Assembly (NCBI GenBank): GCA_964362545.1
Contig: CAYIEM010000001.1
Location: 17,424 to 81,423 of the forward strand
Length of the DNA: 64,000 nucleotides
From: an uncultured Candidatus Saccharibacteria bacterium
GTDB lineage: Bacteria; Patescibacteriota; Minisyncoccia; Phycocordibacterales; UBA9973
Direction: 5' to 3'
The notes below the pieces were generated by a model that saw only the letters and a program-made list of their open reading frames with translations, did not search any database and had not been told where the DNA came from. Both the position numbers and the translations under genes were made by a program. This document shows positions 36,385 to 47,906 of this stretch, piece by piece; positions within the stretch are counted from its first letter, which is position 1; the number at the start of each line of letters is the position of its first letter.

Positions 36385-38097
36385 CTAGTACACCTCCTGC
36401 TGATAACACTTTTCGCAATAGATTATTTCTGGACGGTCGGGTGTATAAGAAGTTTTGAATTTATTATCGCATCCTTCTTTCATGCAAGACCTTTCCCAAA
36501 GTTTTAACGGATTTCTTAGTTTCAAACGTTCATAATGCCTGCAGTTTGGACAAAGTCTCGGCAACGGCAAGTTCATTCTCTTGTAAAATTTAAGCTCTTC
36601 AGAAACTATTTTAAATGCCTCGGTACATTGATCTTTGCATTTGCCTCCGTGGCTACAGGCTATGACCTTGCTTATTATGTCGTCTGAAACATCTTTTATA
36701 TTGTCAGGTATATCTTCGTTTTCTATGTCTATTTTATAATTCCTAACCTCTCTATCTTGCCACAGGTATCCCTTCGCTAAAGCCTCTTCCTTAGTCAGCG
36801 GAAAATATTCTTGCGCGATAGTTTCGTTATAAGCAAACGGTGAAAGTTCTGAGGGAAAAAATTCACCGTATTTGTAAACTATTTCTCTCTTGTCTATGTA
36901 AGGCATTTCCTCCATGTGTTTGATAATTTTTGGCAACAATTGTTCATATTCTTCCTTGGTATATTGTTTGTTTAGGATACAATAACTTTTCTTTCGTAAA
37001 CCTTCACAACCGAAGATATTTGAACAATCATGACACTCTTCGTTATAACGAGAGTCGTGATTTGAGTGATTCTTTACACCAAAAGCCGTATTCGAACCAC
37101 TAAAACCATGGGCTATTTCATATAGTAACTCAGCGCCAAAACCTTGAAATGATGTGTCATAACAATCTTTTGATTTATTTCTACAGAAAAAAAGATACTT
37201 CGAATCTTCCACTTGTCGAGAACTGAAAGCATTGTGGGTGTTGCGGGCTTCAAACAAATCGTCTCCAGTAGAATTAACAGATTTATAAACCTGAGCATAG
37301 CGACGAGGTATGGTCAACGCCAAGTCGTATAATCTCTTTCTAATATCAGCATGAGATTTTAAACCGCCTAAGTTGATTTTTTCTATAAATTTTTGATATT
37401 CTTCTTTTGAAAATTGTTGGTTAAAAACATTGTGTTGTTTGTTGCGTAAGCCCACACACCCGAAACAACTTAAACAATTCTTGCAATCTAGAAGATACCA
37501 GCTGTCTACACAATCTTCAGAATAAGAACTGAAAAATAATTTATTGGTCCTGGCGCACTCAAAAAGCTCATAACTAAATTCCAATTTTTCAGAAAACGCC
37601 ACATCCAGAGAGTCTTTGGAATCAAACAATTGATTTGCGAAATAAACTCTTTCGTTATTGATACCTCCAAATACAAGGTAGCATTCCTTCATGTCAAGCC
37701 CATAATTGCAATACTCACTAGAAATGAAATTTGTTTGATACATATTTTCTCTAGGCACTGCAACCTGAAGCGCGCGAAATTGGGTAAAAAATGGTACAGA
37801 AAAATCATGTTCTTTCCCATAACTTAAAGGGTCCCACTTATCGGAAAGCCAACACTCACGACAATAGATGGTATATGGTTTGTCTTTGGAATAAATAGTT
37901 AGAAGATTTTTTTTACACATACCACATTCACGTCTATAAAAAACCCTATTATTACGGAACAACAATCTTCTTTGAAACCTGCAATCCGGGCAAAATGTCG
38001 GTGGAGGCACTTTTATTTTTTGGTAAAAATTAAAATCATCCGGTTCGATAGTAAAATCTTTCTTGCAATTTTGACATACCTTCGTCTCAGAATTCAT
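36385..38097 (-). CDS. Cys-rich repeat protein, paralog C (unknown function)
   Basis: 570 aa. MNSETKVCQNCKKDFTIEPDDFNFYQKIKVPPPTFCPDCRFQRR...CYQQEVY. Same architecture as A and B. Confidence 0.5.
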   Translation of the reverse strand: MNSETKVCQNCKKDFTIEPDDFNFYQKIKVPPPTFCPDCRFQRRLLFRNNRVFYRRECGMCKKNLLTIYSKDKPYTIYCRECWLSDKWDPLSYGKEHDFSVPFFTQFRALQVAVPRENMYQTNFISSEYCNYGLDMKECYLVFGGINNERVYFANQLFDSKDSLDVAFSEKLEFSYELFECARTNKLFFSSYSEDCVDSWYLLDCKNCLSCFGCVGLRNKQHNVFNQQFSKEEYQKFIEKINLGGLKSHADIRKRLYDLALTIPRRYAQVYKSVNSTGDDLFEARNTHNAFSSRQVEDSKYLFFCRNKSKDCYDTSFQGFGAELLYEIAHGFSGSNTAFGVKNHSNHDSRYNEECHDCSNIFGCEGLRKKSYCILNKQYTKEEYEQLLPKIIKHMEEMPYIDKREIVYKYGEFFPSELSPFAYNETIAQEYFPLTKEEALAKGYLWQDREVRNYKIDIENEDIPDNIKDVSDDIISKVIACSHGGKCKDQCTEAFKIVSEELKFYKRMNLPLPRLCPNCRHYERLKLRNPLKLWERSCMKEGCDNKFKTSYTPDRPEIIYCEKCYQQEVY

Positions 38098-38151
38098 CTA
38101 TTTATTATAACAAAACTAGTCAATTTTCCCAGTGTTTGGTACAATTTATTT

Positions 38152-38601
38152 ATGTATATAATATATGCTTTGCTTGGGGCGATCATGGCAAGTTTGGGTA
38201 CCATTTTCGCAAAATTAGGACTTAAGGGAATTGACGCGAACTTACTTACCGCTATTCGCGGCATCGTAATGGCTATCATTGTCTCTATCGCTGCTTTATC
38301 TTTTGGTAAGTTTACTGTAACATCTGTTTCCTCGCTCTCCACGAAACAATGGGTCTTCGTCATTCTTTCGGGACTGGGTGGCGCCTTGTCTTGGATTTTC
38401 TTTTACCAAGCTCTCTCCATAGGTCCGACAGTCGCCGTGACAGTCATAGATAAACTGTCTATCGTCTTTACTGCTATCCTTGCAGTCGTGGTTCTAACAG
38501 AAGGAGTTACTTTGCAAGCAGGAATAGGACTTCTGCTCGTAGTCTTGGGTACGTTACTTGTCGCTATTCCTTGGGAGAAGATACAAAAATTATTTATTTA
38601 A
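38152..38601 (+). CDS. Small EamA-like (4-TM DMT/SMR-like) transporter
   Basis: ATG at 38152 (MYIIYALLGAIMASLGTIFAKLG...). 149 aa, four TM helices. The track's upstream extension overlaps paralog C. Confidence 0.5.
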   Translation: MYIIYALLGAIMASLGTIFAKLGLKGIDANLLTAIRGIVMAIIVSIAALSFGKFTVTSVSSLSTKQWVFVILSGLGGALSWIFFYQALSIGPTVAVTVIDKLSIVFTAILAVVVLTEGVTLQAGIGLLLVVLGTLLVAIPWEKIQKLFI

Positions 38602-38670
38602 GCAAAAACCGGAGAGAAGAAACCACGCGGATTTTTTTGTATTCTGGTGAACCGGGATTTTTGTCCGTTA

Positions 38671-39438
38671 CTAATTTGCCCAAATAACGAAAGTATAAGC
38701 TTTTTCGCCATTGCCAAAATCTCGCTCATACAAAGAGCTTCGCTTGTTTCTATCTTTAGATTCACGAACTTTCTTCCCCCATTCTGCTCTATCATCTAGA
38801 TCAACTGAAACATTCGCAGAAATAATTTTACTGAAAGATGTGTTCACTGTGTCTAAATGCGAATAGATGGATTCGAGTTGGTCATAATCATGTTGGTTTG
38901 GATGTTGGTTGCTTGTAGGGTCGTTGGTGTAATCCATGCATGTACCTAAATTCGCGTTACTAAAATTCTCGTCTTGATGGTCTAGGCCAAATGTATGACC
39001 GATTTCCTGACACATAACCAAGTTTCTCCAAGCGGTAGTGTTATAAGTCGGGGTGTTAAAATAAGTATCGTTGTTTTTGACAGTGCCTTGAGTAATATGA
39101 GAACCTGAAATCCAGATTTGGGCTATCCCCAACCAACCGTTATTGCCATATTTATTATTGCATACCTCCACTCTTCCTTTGGTCGGCCGGCAATTTTTAG
39201 GACTGCTTCGTCCGGCGATGACATTGGTATCAAGCACCGTGGACGCGCTCCAGTCACCGGAAGTCGTGACTAAAATAGAATCCCAAACACCGGATACATT
39301 GTCGCCAAGTTTGAGAGCAAAAGGATTTGCCGTTCGTGCCCAATGATAAGTACCCCAAGAATGATTGGCCTGAACTGTGCCAACAACAACAAACGCTAAT
39401 AGTACAACTATCCCTAAAATTATGCTATATTTTTTCAT
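38671..39438 (-). CDS. Secreted metzincin-like protein with variant QEIGHTFGLDH motif
   Basis: Signal peptide. Motif QExxHxxGxxH where canonical metzincins have HExxHxxGxxH. Downstream Met-turn-like CMDY. Confidence 0.35.
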   Translation of the reverse strand: MKKYSIILGIVVLLAFVVVGTVQANHSWGTYHWARTANPFALKLGDNVSGVWDSILVTTSGDWSASTVLDTNVIAGRSSPKNCRPTKGRVEVCNNKYGNNGWLGIAQIWISGSHITQGTVKNNDTYFNTPTYNTTAWRNLVMCQEIGHTFGLDHQDENFSNANLGTCMDYTNDPTSNQHPNQHDYDQLESIYSHLDTVNTSFSKIISANVSVDLDDRAEWGKKVRESKDRNKRSSLYERDFGNGEKAYTFVIWAN

Positions 39439-39477
39439 ATATCTATACTATACAACAATATTAATAAATTACCAGTA

Positions 39478-39924
39478 CTATTCTTTTCTTTCTAAATCCT
39501 CTTCAATGTCAGTTAAACGATGAGATATTTCTTTTACCTCCTTCTTTATTTCCCCTATCATTCCTGTTTCAGTTTTTATCTCCTCTTCCGTTTTTTCTTC
39601 CAGTCTTTCTTCTCCCCTTATTCCTGAGATTATAGCCTGACTGCCGATGAAATCGAAAACAAACAGCCCGGTGGATAATAGCAGGATCGATCCGATGGCT
39701 ATAGAGAGTGGTCCATCCCACCAGGGTAATGTGCCTAGGTCGATGGTTTCATTCTGCTGGAAAGTAAAAATTACTTCTGTTAAAAAATCAGCCGTGTGCC
39801 AAACGCCTCGCCAAAATATCACAATGCCGACTCCGCCTAGGAACGCGTACAGTATGGGATAGCGGGAAAGCTTCCCCCTGATTTCATCCTCGAGTTTATC
39901 AAAAAATCTATATATGCGCTTCAT
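39478..39924 (-). CDS. Small 2-TM membrane protein with acidic coiled-coil tail (paralog of 4684-5034)
   Basis: Same architecture: two hydrophobic helices, then EERLEEKTEEEIKTE...IEEDLERKE. Confidence 0.4.
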   Translation of the reverse strand: MKRIYRFFDKLEDEIRGKLSRYPILYAFLGGVGIVIFWRGVWHTADFLTEVIFTFQQNETIDLGTLPWWDGPLSIAIGSILLLSTGLFVFDFIGSQAIISGIRGEERLEEKTEEEIKTETGMIGEIKKEVKEISHRLTDIEEDLERKE

Positions 39925-39968
39925 GCTATGTATATATTATAGCAGAAATCCTATTTTGTAGTATTTCT

Positions 39969-41018
39969 TTACTTGCCTTCGCTGGAGTAATCTATGCTAT
40001 CGGTGATAACCAAGTTGCGGTTGCTAAAGTAATAATTGGCAACGAAAATCGCGCCAATAATGGCAAGAGCGATGAGTCCGTTTGTTAAGAGATCAGGATA
40101 CTGATGTTCAATCTTAATGAAAATATTTAAAAGTAAAGCAACCACGATTATCCCAAACATAATAAACAAAACAATATTCGTGGTACTGCGAGGCGAAGCA
40201 AGCATCTTTTGCCAGAAGGTAGGTTCGCTTGGAGTACTATTCGTCTCACTTAGCGTATCGCTCAGTACTTTTTCTTCCGTTTCCACTTCTACTGGTTGTG
40301 CCTCGGGAACCTCTTCTACATCTTCTGTATTGTTCGCAACCTCTACCCCTAGAACATTTATCGGCTCCTCCCTAGGTACACTGACTACCCTACTTACTGG
40401 TTCAACTGGAACAGTTTGGCTTACAGGTCGCTCAATATTTTCTACAATCGGATTAGCGTATACCTGTGCCACAAATATAGCCCTCTCCCCCTTATAAAAT
40501 CCTGTGGCTATCCCTGTTCCTACTTGTGTGTATTGATCTTTCACGATATTTGCTCGGTGAGTAGGGCTATTCATCCATGCATCCGTGACATCTTTCGAAT
40601 CATTAAAATTGACAGCCAGATTTTCTCCAGCATACTGGTATTTGTAACCAACCTTGGAAAGCCAGTACCAAGGAGTTATGCCTTCTGGACTTGTATGGGC
40701 AAAGTAACTTTTCGTAGCCATATCATTTGCCTTAAGTTCTGCGGCCTTGGTAAGCAGAGGGCTAATGGCAAGAGCAGAAAGATTTTGGGATTGTCGTTCT
40801 TCGTTTGCAAGACTAGCCAAAACTGCCGGGAGCACCGCTGCCATACCCCCTGTCATATTTATACGGGCTATAGTCGGTATTAAAAAGGTTATTACCTCTA
40901 AAACAATAACAAGAATAACAATATTGCGAATATTGTTACCGCGCAACACATATGGTCTGTGATCATTGCCTTCGTGCGGAATGAAATGCTTTTTGAACCA
41001 TTGATGCAAGCTTTTCAT
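39969..41018 (-). CDS. CAP/SCP/PR-1 (YkwD-like) domain membrane protein
   Basis: N-terminal TM. CAP motifs AAELKANDMATKSYFAHTSPEG...GENLAVNF...AWMNSPTHRANIV. C-terminal Glu/Val-rich linker and TM segments. Confidence 0.6.
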   Translation of the reverse strand: MKSLHQWFKKHFIPHEGNDHRPYVLRGNNIRNIVILVIVLEVITFLIPTIARINMTGGMAAVLPAVLASLANEERQSQNLSALAISPLLTKAAELKANDMATKSYFAHTSPEGITPWYWLSKVGYKYQYAGENLAVNFNDSKDVTDAWMNSPTHRANIVKDQYTQVGTGIATGFYKGERAIFVAQVYANPIVENIERPVSQTVPVEPVSRVVSVPREEPINVLGVEVANNTEDVEEVPEAQPVEVETEEKVLSDTLSETNSTPSEPTFWQKMLASPRSTTNIVLFIMFGIIVVALLLNIFIKIEHQYPDLLTNGLIALAIIGAIFVANYYFSNRNLVITDSIDYSSEGK

Positions 41019-41256
41019 ATTTTTATATTATACACCAATTTAGATGGAATGTCAATGACTAACTCTCCTAGCCTTTTTCAAAAGCATGAGTCTCTTTATT
41101 TCAAGTCGCTTTTTGGTCTTATGGGAGTGCCTTGATTTTTTCTTTGGACTAAGTGTTGTGCCTCGTTTTGCCATATTATTTTTTTCTTTATTATTAATAA
41201 AATATATCAGACTATTTTAGTATACTTTAAATCTAAGAAATACCATAATCTATTTT

Positions 41257-43191
41257 CTATATGCCTTCTTTATTTCTTTTACTAGTTATGCCGACTAGAG
41301 TCAATATCATCATGATAATGACAACGACAATCACTACAACCACATAGAGATTGTCATTCTTAAGCAACCCAGGTTTATCAGCGCTCGCAGCTTCCGCGAT
41401 ATTGGTGTCTAAGAGAGTCACGGCTTCTGCAGTCTTAGTGAACAGATAAGGGGAACTCTTTGCAATAATATTTCCGGAATTATTAACTGTCGCAGTGTAG
41501 ATGGTATGGTCGCCATTTTCTAATTCTTTGTCTAATATATATTGCCACTCTCCCCTCTCATCAGTTTTAACGGTAACAATTATAGGCGTACTATATATGT
41601 ATAGAGTGACAAAACTATTCGGCAAGGCCTGACCCTTAATGACAACCTTTTTTTCTTCGGTCAACGTCATTTCTTTGACTTTGTATGTCAGAACTGTGAG
41701 CGCGCCAGACTCCACTGGCTCTTCTTTTTCTATCTTCACCAACTCAGTTTTAGCCGGATCAAACCCTAGTAAAACTTTCTCTGAGGCTCCAATATCTTTT
41801 CCTTCGTAGGTGGAAACAGGGGAAGGCGCGACAGGATTTATGTTGTAAACATATATGGAGTCATAATCGGAAATACCATCACTGTTGCTATCTTTGTAGA
41901 GAAGGTCGGCCTCTTGCCTCTTCAGTGGCAGAGACTGATTGCTTACCGCTTCAGATAACAAGTCCAAGGCCTCTGCCACATCCTCCAAATCTGTGTCATT
42001 CGTAGCTGTTTTGGAAATAGTAGTGGATTCGGAAGTGACTAATTCTATATATTTGATTGCTTCATTCATCTCTGTTTCCAATTCCTTGATATCCGTAGGG
42101 GTGACTATTGCTTCAGTAGACAAACTTTCGTCTACATTCTCTAAAAGCTCATCGCGCAAAGCGTTGATTTTAGTTGTATCAGTTTCCTGACTTGAACCTT
42201 CGTTATTTTCAATAATTTTCGTGACACTTTGATTAATTATCTTCTCCAACTCTTCTCTAGAATCATCCACCACATCTTGGTGATCTTCTACAACAATTCC
42301 TAGGTTTTGGATTTTTAGTGAAGAATCATTTATAAGCGGAGTGGGCGCAACGGTTGTTGTAGTTGTTGGGTCAATCCCTGCTGTAGTGCCCTTAGTACCA
42401 CTCGCAAACTCAGTACCTGTAGCACCTTGAAATGACACAATACTATCGTGTGGAGTAGTAACCTTGTGTAAATAAGCATACTCGGAACAGCCAATTTCCG
42501 GATAACAAGCTTTGATGCGATAGTCGTAGGTTCTCCCCGCTACCACAGTATTGTCATAGTAAGAAACAGCGCTTGCGCGTTTTATTTCAGCTAAATTGGA
42601 CCAGCTGGACTCGTCGCTCGACTTCCTGCTTATACTAAATCCGTACACATTGGCAGCTTTGTTTGTCCACTTTAAGGGAATGTATGTTGACGTCGGAGAG
42701 CCATTTAGCGACAAATTCTCTGGAGCAAGTGGAATAGTTTTTGTAGTGGTCAATTGAGTTGATGAAGATGGTTCTGTGCTACTGCCACTCGAAGTCGAGG
42801 AGGTGGTCGTCGTGGTTGTAGTCGTAGGTACTGTCGTAGTCGTGGGTGTATTAGTGGAATCTGTGCCGCTGGTATTTGAAACTGTATCTGTGGTCATGGG
42901 GGTATATGTCGTGGTAGAGCCAGTGTCACCACCACTACTTGAAGTCGTAGTCGTAGAAGTCGTGCGCGTTGTGGTGGAGCCGGTGCCGCTACCACCTGAT
43001 ATCCCTGATGTAGTGGACGTAGAAGTAGTATATGTGCTCGGTGTTGTATTAGTGTTGATACCGCCCAGGCTTGAAGTTGAATCCTCCGCAAGTATAATGC
43101 CCCAAATTACGGATAGGATTATCACAAAAACAACAGCTAAGATAATTTCTTCTATCCTCGTAGATAATAAGTTTGAAGTTCTTTTTTTCAT
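41257..43191 (-). CDS. Thr/Ser-rich cell-surface protein with fibronectin type III domain, N- and C-terminal TM anchors
   Basis: Long poly-T/S low-complexity region. FN3-like segment PLAPENLSLNGSPTSTYIPLKWT...YDYRIKACY. C-terminal hydrophobic helix VVVVIVVVIIMMILTLVGI. Confidence 0.5.
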   Translation of the reverse strand: MKKRTSNLLSTRIEEIILAVVFVIILSVIWGIILAEDSTSSLGGINTNTTPSTYTTSTSTTSGISGGSGTGSTTTRTTSTTTTSSSGGDTGSTTTYTPMTTDTVSNTSGTDSTNTPTTTTVPTTTTTTTTSSTSSGSSTEPSSSTQLTTTKTIPLAPENLSLNGSPTSTYIPLKWTNKAANVYGFSISRKSSDESSWSNLAEIKRASAVSYYDNTVVAGRTYDYRIKACYPEIGCSEYAYLHKVTTPHDSIVSFQGATGTEFASGTKGTTAGIDPTTTTTVAPTPLINDSSLKIQNLGIVVEDHQDVVDDSREELEKIINQSVTKIIENNEGSSQETDTTKINALRDELLENVDESLSTEAIVTPTDIKELETEMNEAIKYIELVTSESTTISKTATNDTDLEDVAEALDLLSEAVSNQSLPLKRQEADLLYKDSNSDGISDYDSIYVYNINPVAPSPVSTYEGKDIGASEKVLLGFDPAKTELVKIEKEEPVESGALTVLTYKVKEMTLTEEKKVVIKGQALPNSFVTLYIYSTPIIVTVKTDERGEWQYILDKELENGDHTIYTATVNNSGNIIAKSSPYLFTKTAEAVTLLDTNIAEAASADKPGLLKNDNLYVVVVIVVVIIMMILTLVGITSKRNKEGI

Positions 43192-43239
43192 TGCAATATA
43201 AGAATTTTAACTCAAATTAATAATAAAATCAATCCGCCA

Positions 43240-44628
43240 TTATGCCAACAACGGAAAAGAAACTATAAAATGAGAGCCGACCCCTTTTATGGATTCTACC
43301 GAGATGTTTCCATTCATTTCTTTTATCATCTTGAATGTTATCCAGAGACCCAGACCCGTCCCCCTTATGTCTTTCGTCTCCTCCGTTCTAATACGATAGA
43401 ATTTTTCGAACAGTCTTGTCTTTTCTTCCTCAGTCATACCCATCCCTGTGTCAATAACCCTTATATATAAACGCTCTTTTTCCTCATATTCTTTTACAAC
43501 AATCTCGCCCTTAATTGTATATTTGACAGCATTACCTATCAGGTTGACCAAAATCTGTTTTAAGCGATCCAAGTCAATATTTATGTATTGGTCCTTCTTC
43601 ATTTTTGATTTATCGAAAGATATTTTGAGTCCTTTTTCTTCGGCAGGTAAAGCAAAAGACGTGACCACTTTCTCAATTGTTTCGTTAGGATTTATTTTTT
43701 CCATTTTGAATATCATTCTCCCCTGGTCTATCCTAGATACATCCAAAATATCTGAAACAAGAAGGTCAAGCTCTTTGGTGGATATATCTATTTTGGATAC
43801 AAAATCTTTAGTCTTAGGGGAAAGCTCCGGAGCTGCGTTAATAAATTCCGCATACCCTCGAATAATGGTAAGCGGTGTTCGGAGTTCATGAGAAGCCATA
43901 GAAACGAAATCATCTTTCAGTTGATCTACTTCTTTTAATTTTTTATATAAATCCATATAGTCAATGATCTTGGAATGTCGGAAAAACAGAAAAAGAATCA
44001 GTAAGGTAACAATGAAAAGTAAAATTCGACTGTTCTTTATACTTCCCTCTATTGCTATGTCGGCCAAAGACAGGGTCTGTGTTGTCATGACAACCCCTAG
44101 AACATTTCCCATATCATCCGTGATAGCTCTAGCAGTTTTAAACAATCGCTCACCATTTTCATTGAGAGGCACGGTCATAGAGTTCTCAGGATCACTAGAG
44201 GCTAGGGTATATAAAAAGGAAGCTTGATAATCCCCTTCATCTATCTCTTCCTTATTGTCTGAAGCTATTATTATAAAAGGAGTAAGCCCCCCTGTTTCCT
44301 TGCTTTGACTAGCTATTGGTTTTCTTACAATTACCCTGAAACTTTTTATCGTTTCATTCGCGCTTATTATTTCTTCTATTTTTTTATTTAAATATTCTGG
44401 ATCTTCTATTTTATCCCCTGCAAAAGAAACGAAGGCGTCTTGGAGTGACCCCACGCGTACATTTATCAAACGCTCCTGCGCGTCATTTGCAATACCTATA
44501 AATCTATCAGCCATGAAGACGAAAGAACCTGTTATGAGCACAGCTACCACTACTGTGTATATGAGTTGAGGGTTGTCTGCTACTTTCTTAATTCCCTTTT
44601 TTAGGTTTGAGGAAAAGAAACTAAACAT
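43240..44628 (-). CDS. Sensor histidine kinase (two TM helices, HisKA + HATPase_c)
   Basis: H-box MASHELRTPLT, N-box IGNAVKYT, G-boxes IDTGMGM and GTGLGLWI. Confidence 0.8.
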   Translation of the reverse strand: MFSFFSSNLKKGIKKVADNPQLIYTVVVAVLITGSFVFMADRFIGIANDAQERLINVRVGSLQDAFVSFAGDKIEDPEYLNKKIEEIISANETIKSFRVIVRKPIASQSKETGGLTPFIIIASDNKEEIDEGDYQASFLYTLASSDPENSMTVPLNENGERLFKTARAITDDMGNVLGVVMTTQTLSLADIAIEGSIKNSRILLFIVTLLILFLFFRHSKIIDYMDLYKKLKEVDQLKDDFVSMASHELRTPLTIIRGYAEFINAAPELSPKTKDFVSKIDISTKELDLLVSDILDVSRIDQGRMIFKMEKINPNETIEKVVTSFALPAEEKGLKISFDKSKMKKDQYINIDLDRLKQILVNLIGNAVKYTIKGEIVVKEYEEKERLYIRVIDTGMGMTEEEKTRLFEKFYRIRTEETKDIRGTGLGLWITFKMIKEMNGNISVESIKGVGSHFIVSFPLLA

Positions 44629-44697
44629 ATTTTAATAATACCACATTGATAGACAAAAAATCCCCTAAAAGGGGATTTTTTGTCTTATTCTTCTATT

Positions 44698-46344
<1,647 letters not shown>

Positions 46345-46683
46345 TTACTTTATAATCGCTAAAATATTTTCTTCCTTCAAAATAAGCAACTTCCTGCCGT
46401 CCATCCTAACCTCATCGTAGCCGTATTTAGAATAAATAACTTTGTCTCCGACTTTTACGCCCACAGGTATAAGCTCTCCGTCGTCATAGCGACCTTTCCC
46501 TACTGCTACGACCCTCCCTTCTTCTCTTTTTTCTTTATCTATGCCTTCGGGAATAAAAATTCCGGAAGAAGTCTTTTTGTGTGTATCACTACTATCTGTC
46601 TCGATGGGTTCAACCAATACCCTGTCACCGAGCGGAGTAATTTTGTTAAAAATTTTACTTTTTGTTTTGTTTTTTTCTTTCAT
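46345..46683 (-). CDS. groS: Co-chaperonin GroES
   Basis: ITPLGDRVLVEP mobile-loop motif, 112 aa with basic N-terminal extension. Confidence 0.9.
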   Translation of the reverse strand: MKEKNKTKSKIFNKITPLGDRVLVEPIETDSSDTHKKTSSGIFIPEGIDKEKREEGRVVAVGKGRYDDGELIPVGVKVGDKVIYSKYGYDEVRMDGRKLLILKEENILAIIK

Positions 46684-46822
46684 TTTTGTTTGTAACCCCG
46701 AAATTATTCAATAAAAACGAGGTAAATTAGGTTTATAATTAAATCATAGAACCACTTCAAACCAATTAAAGCGCTTTTATGATACAGAGCATTCTATAAG
46801 AAAAACTATCGCTTTGCAAGGA

Positions 46823-47341
46823 CTAGTCCAAGATACTATCCCTGGCCTCTTTTAGAATCAACAGGTCTCGTACGTTTATGAACTTTCCTTCATAGTGTTC
46901 CAATTCTCTCTCGCTCTCTAGTGTTTTAATTGCATCATGTATACCCATCCACACTGTCTCAAATCCATCTTCAATCTCATCTGCTTCAAACTGCGATACT
47001 CCTTTCTCCCCGTCGAGATCTGCGGTAAAGCAAAAAGATAACTGGTGTAACGAAAAGTAATTTCTGAATTCCTCGACTATTCCGATTTCCTTTATGTTGA
47101 CAATCTTACAACCAATCTCTTCCGTAACTTCTCGTTTAAGCGTATCTAAGATATCCTCACCCTCTTTTGACCCTCCTCCTGGTAATTTATGATAACCCTT
47201 GTTTTTGATATAAAGTAGGGCAATATTCTTATTCTTGTCTGAAACTACCGCGCGCGAGGCCTTGCGTTCTTGGGTATAGAAAATTGGATCCTTAAGGTCT
47301 GACCCTAGATCTTTATCTTTTATTGTTTTTAGAATTTTCAT
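46823..47341 (-). CDS. Nudix hydrolase
   Basis: Nudix box GGGSKEGEDILDTLKREVTEEIG. Confidence 0.7.
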   Translation of the reverse strand: MKILKTIKDKDLGSDLKDPIFYTQERKASRAVVSDKNKNIALLYIKNKGYHKLPGGGSKEGEDILDTLKREVTEEIGCKIVNIKEIGIVEEFRNYFSLHQLSFCFTADLDGEKGVSQFEADEIEDGFETVWMGIHDAIKTLESERELEHYEGKFINVRDLLILKEARDSILD

Positions 47342-47393
47342 GTTAATTAAACGTTAAAACCAAACATTAAGACAGATATTTTTCGGATAATCT

Positions 47394-47861
47394 TTATTTC
47401 TTTTGCATGTATCCCATTTCTTCAAAAAACTCCTTGCCTCCCGGGATTTGCTCGACTTTCGACAACGCCTCTTTGTTAAACCACTTGGCTTCCACCAGGT
47501 CATCGCTCAGATGCAATTTGATATCATTTGCATTTTGGTCATCAATGTGAACTTCAAACCGATTGAATTCCATTTCGCACCAAACTTTCTCACCAGTGCC
47601 TTCTAGTGTTTTTTCACTGGCGCCTTTGCCAATTATCGGGATCCGAACTTTGGGGTAATTGGTTACATCTAGACCAACTTCTTCTTTTATTTCGCGAATT
47701 AAAGTTTGCTCCATTGTTTCTCCTTCTTTGATTCCCCCACCAGGTATATGCCAAGCATTGGGAAAAACGCCACCTTTGCTCGGGTCTTTCTTTCCCATCA
47801 AAATTTTCCCATCTTTACTGAAAATTATGGCAGAGACTATGGTTCTTTGAATGGTTCTCAT
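47394..47861 (-). CDS. Nudix hydrolase
   Basis: Nudix box GGGIKEGETMEQTLIREIKEEVG. Confidence 0.75.
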   Translation of the reverse strand: MRTIQRTIVSAIIFSKDGKILMGKKDPSKGGVFPNAWHIPGGGIKEGETMEQTLIREIKEEVGLDVTNYPKVRIPIIGKGASEKTLEGTGEKVWCEMEFNRFEVHIDDQNANDIKLHLSDDLVEAKWFNKEALSKVEQIPGGKEFFEEMGYMQKK

Positions 47862-47906
47862 GTGAGAGCTTTACTAGCAAGTACGGCCCTTGCTAGGGGC
47901 ATCCTT

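Noticed and set aside
40117-40962. Plus-strand ORFs antisense to the CAP-domain gene, and the poly-Val ORF 42776-43201 antisense to the Thr-rich surface protein
   Set aside because: Compositional mirror of low-complexity sense strand (poly-T/S gives poly-V/G). Not coding.
46684-46822. CIRCE (HrcA operator TTAGCACTC-N9-GAGTGCTAA) upstream of groES
   Set aside because: No match to the CIRCE consensus. Only a 10-bp GGACTAGTCC palindrome overlapping the stop of the upstream Nudix gene.
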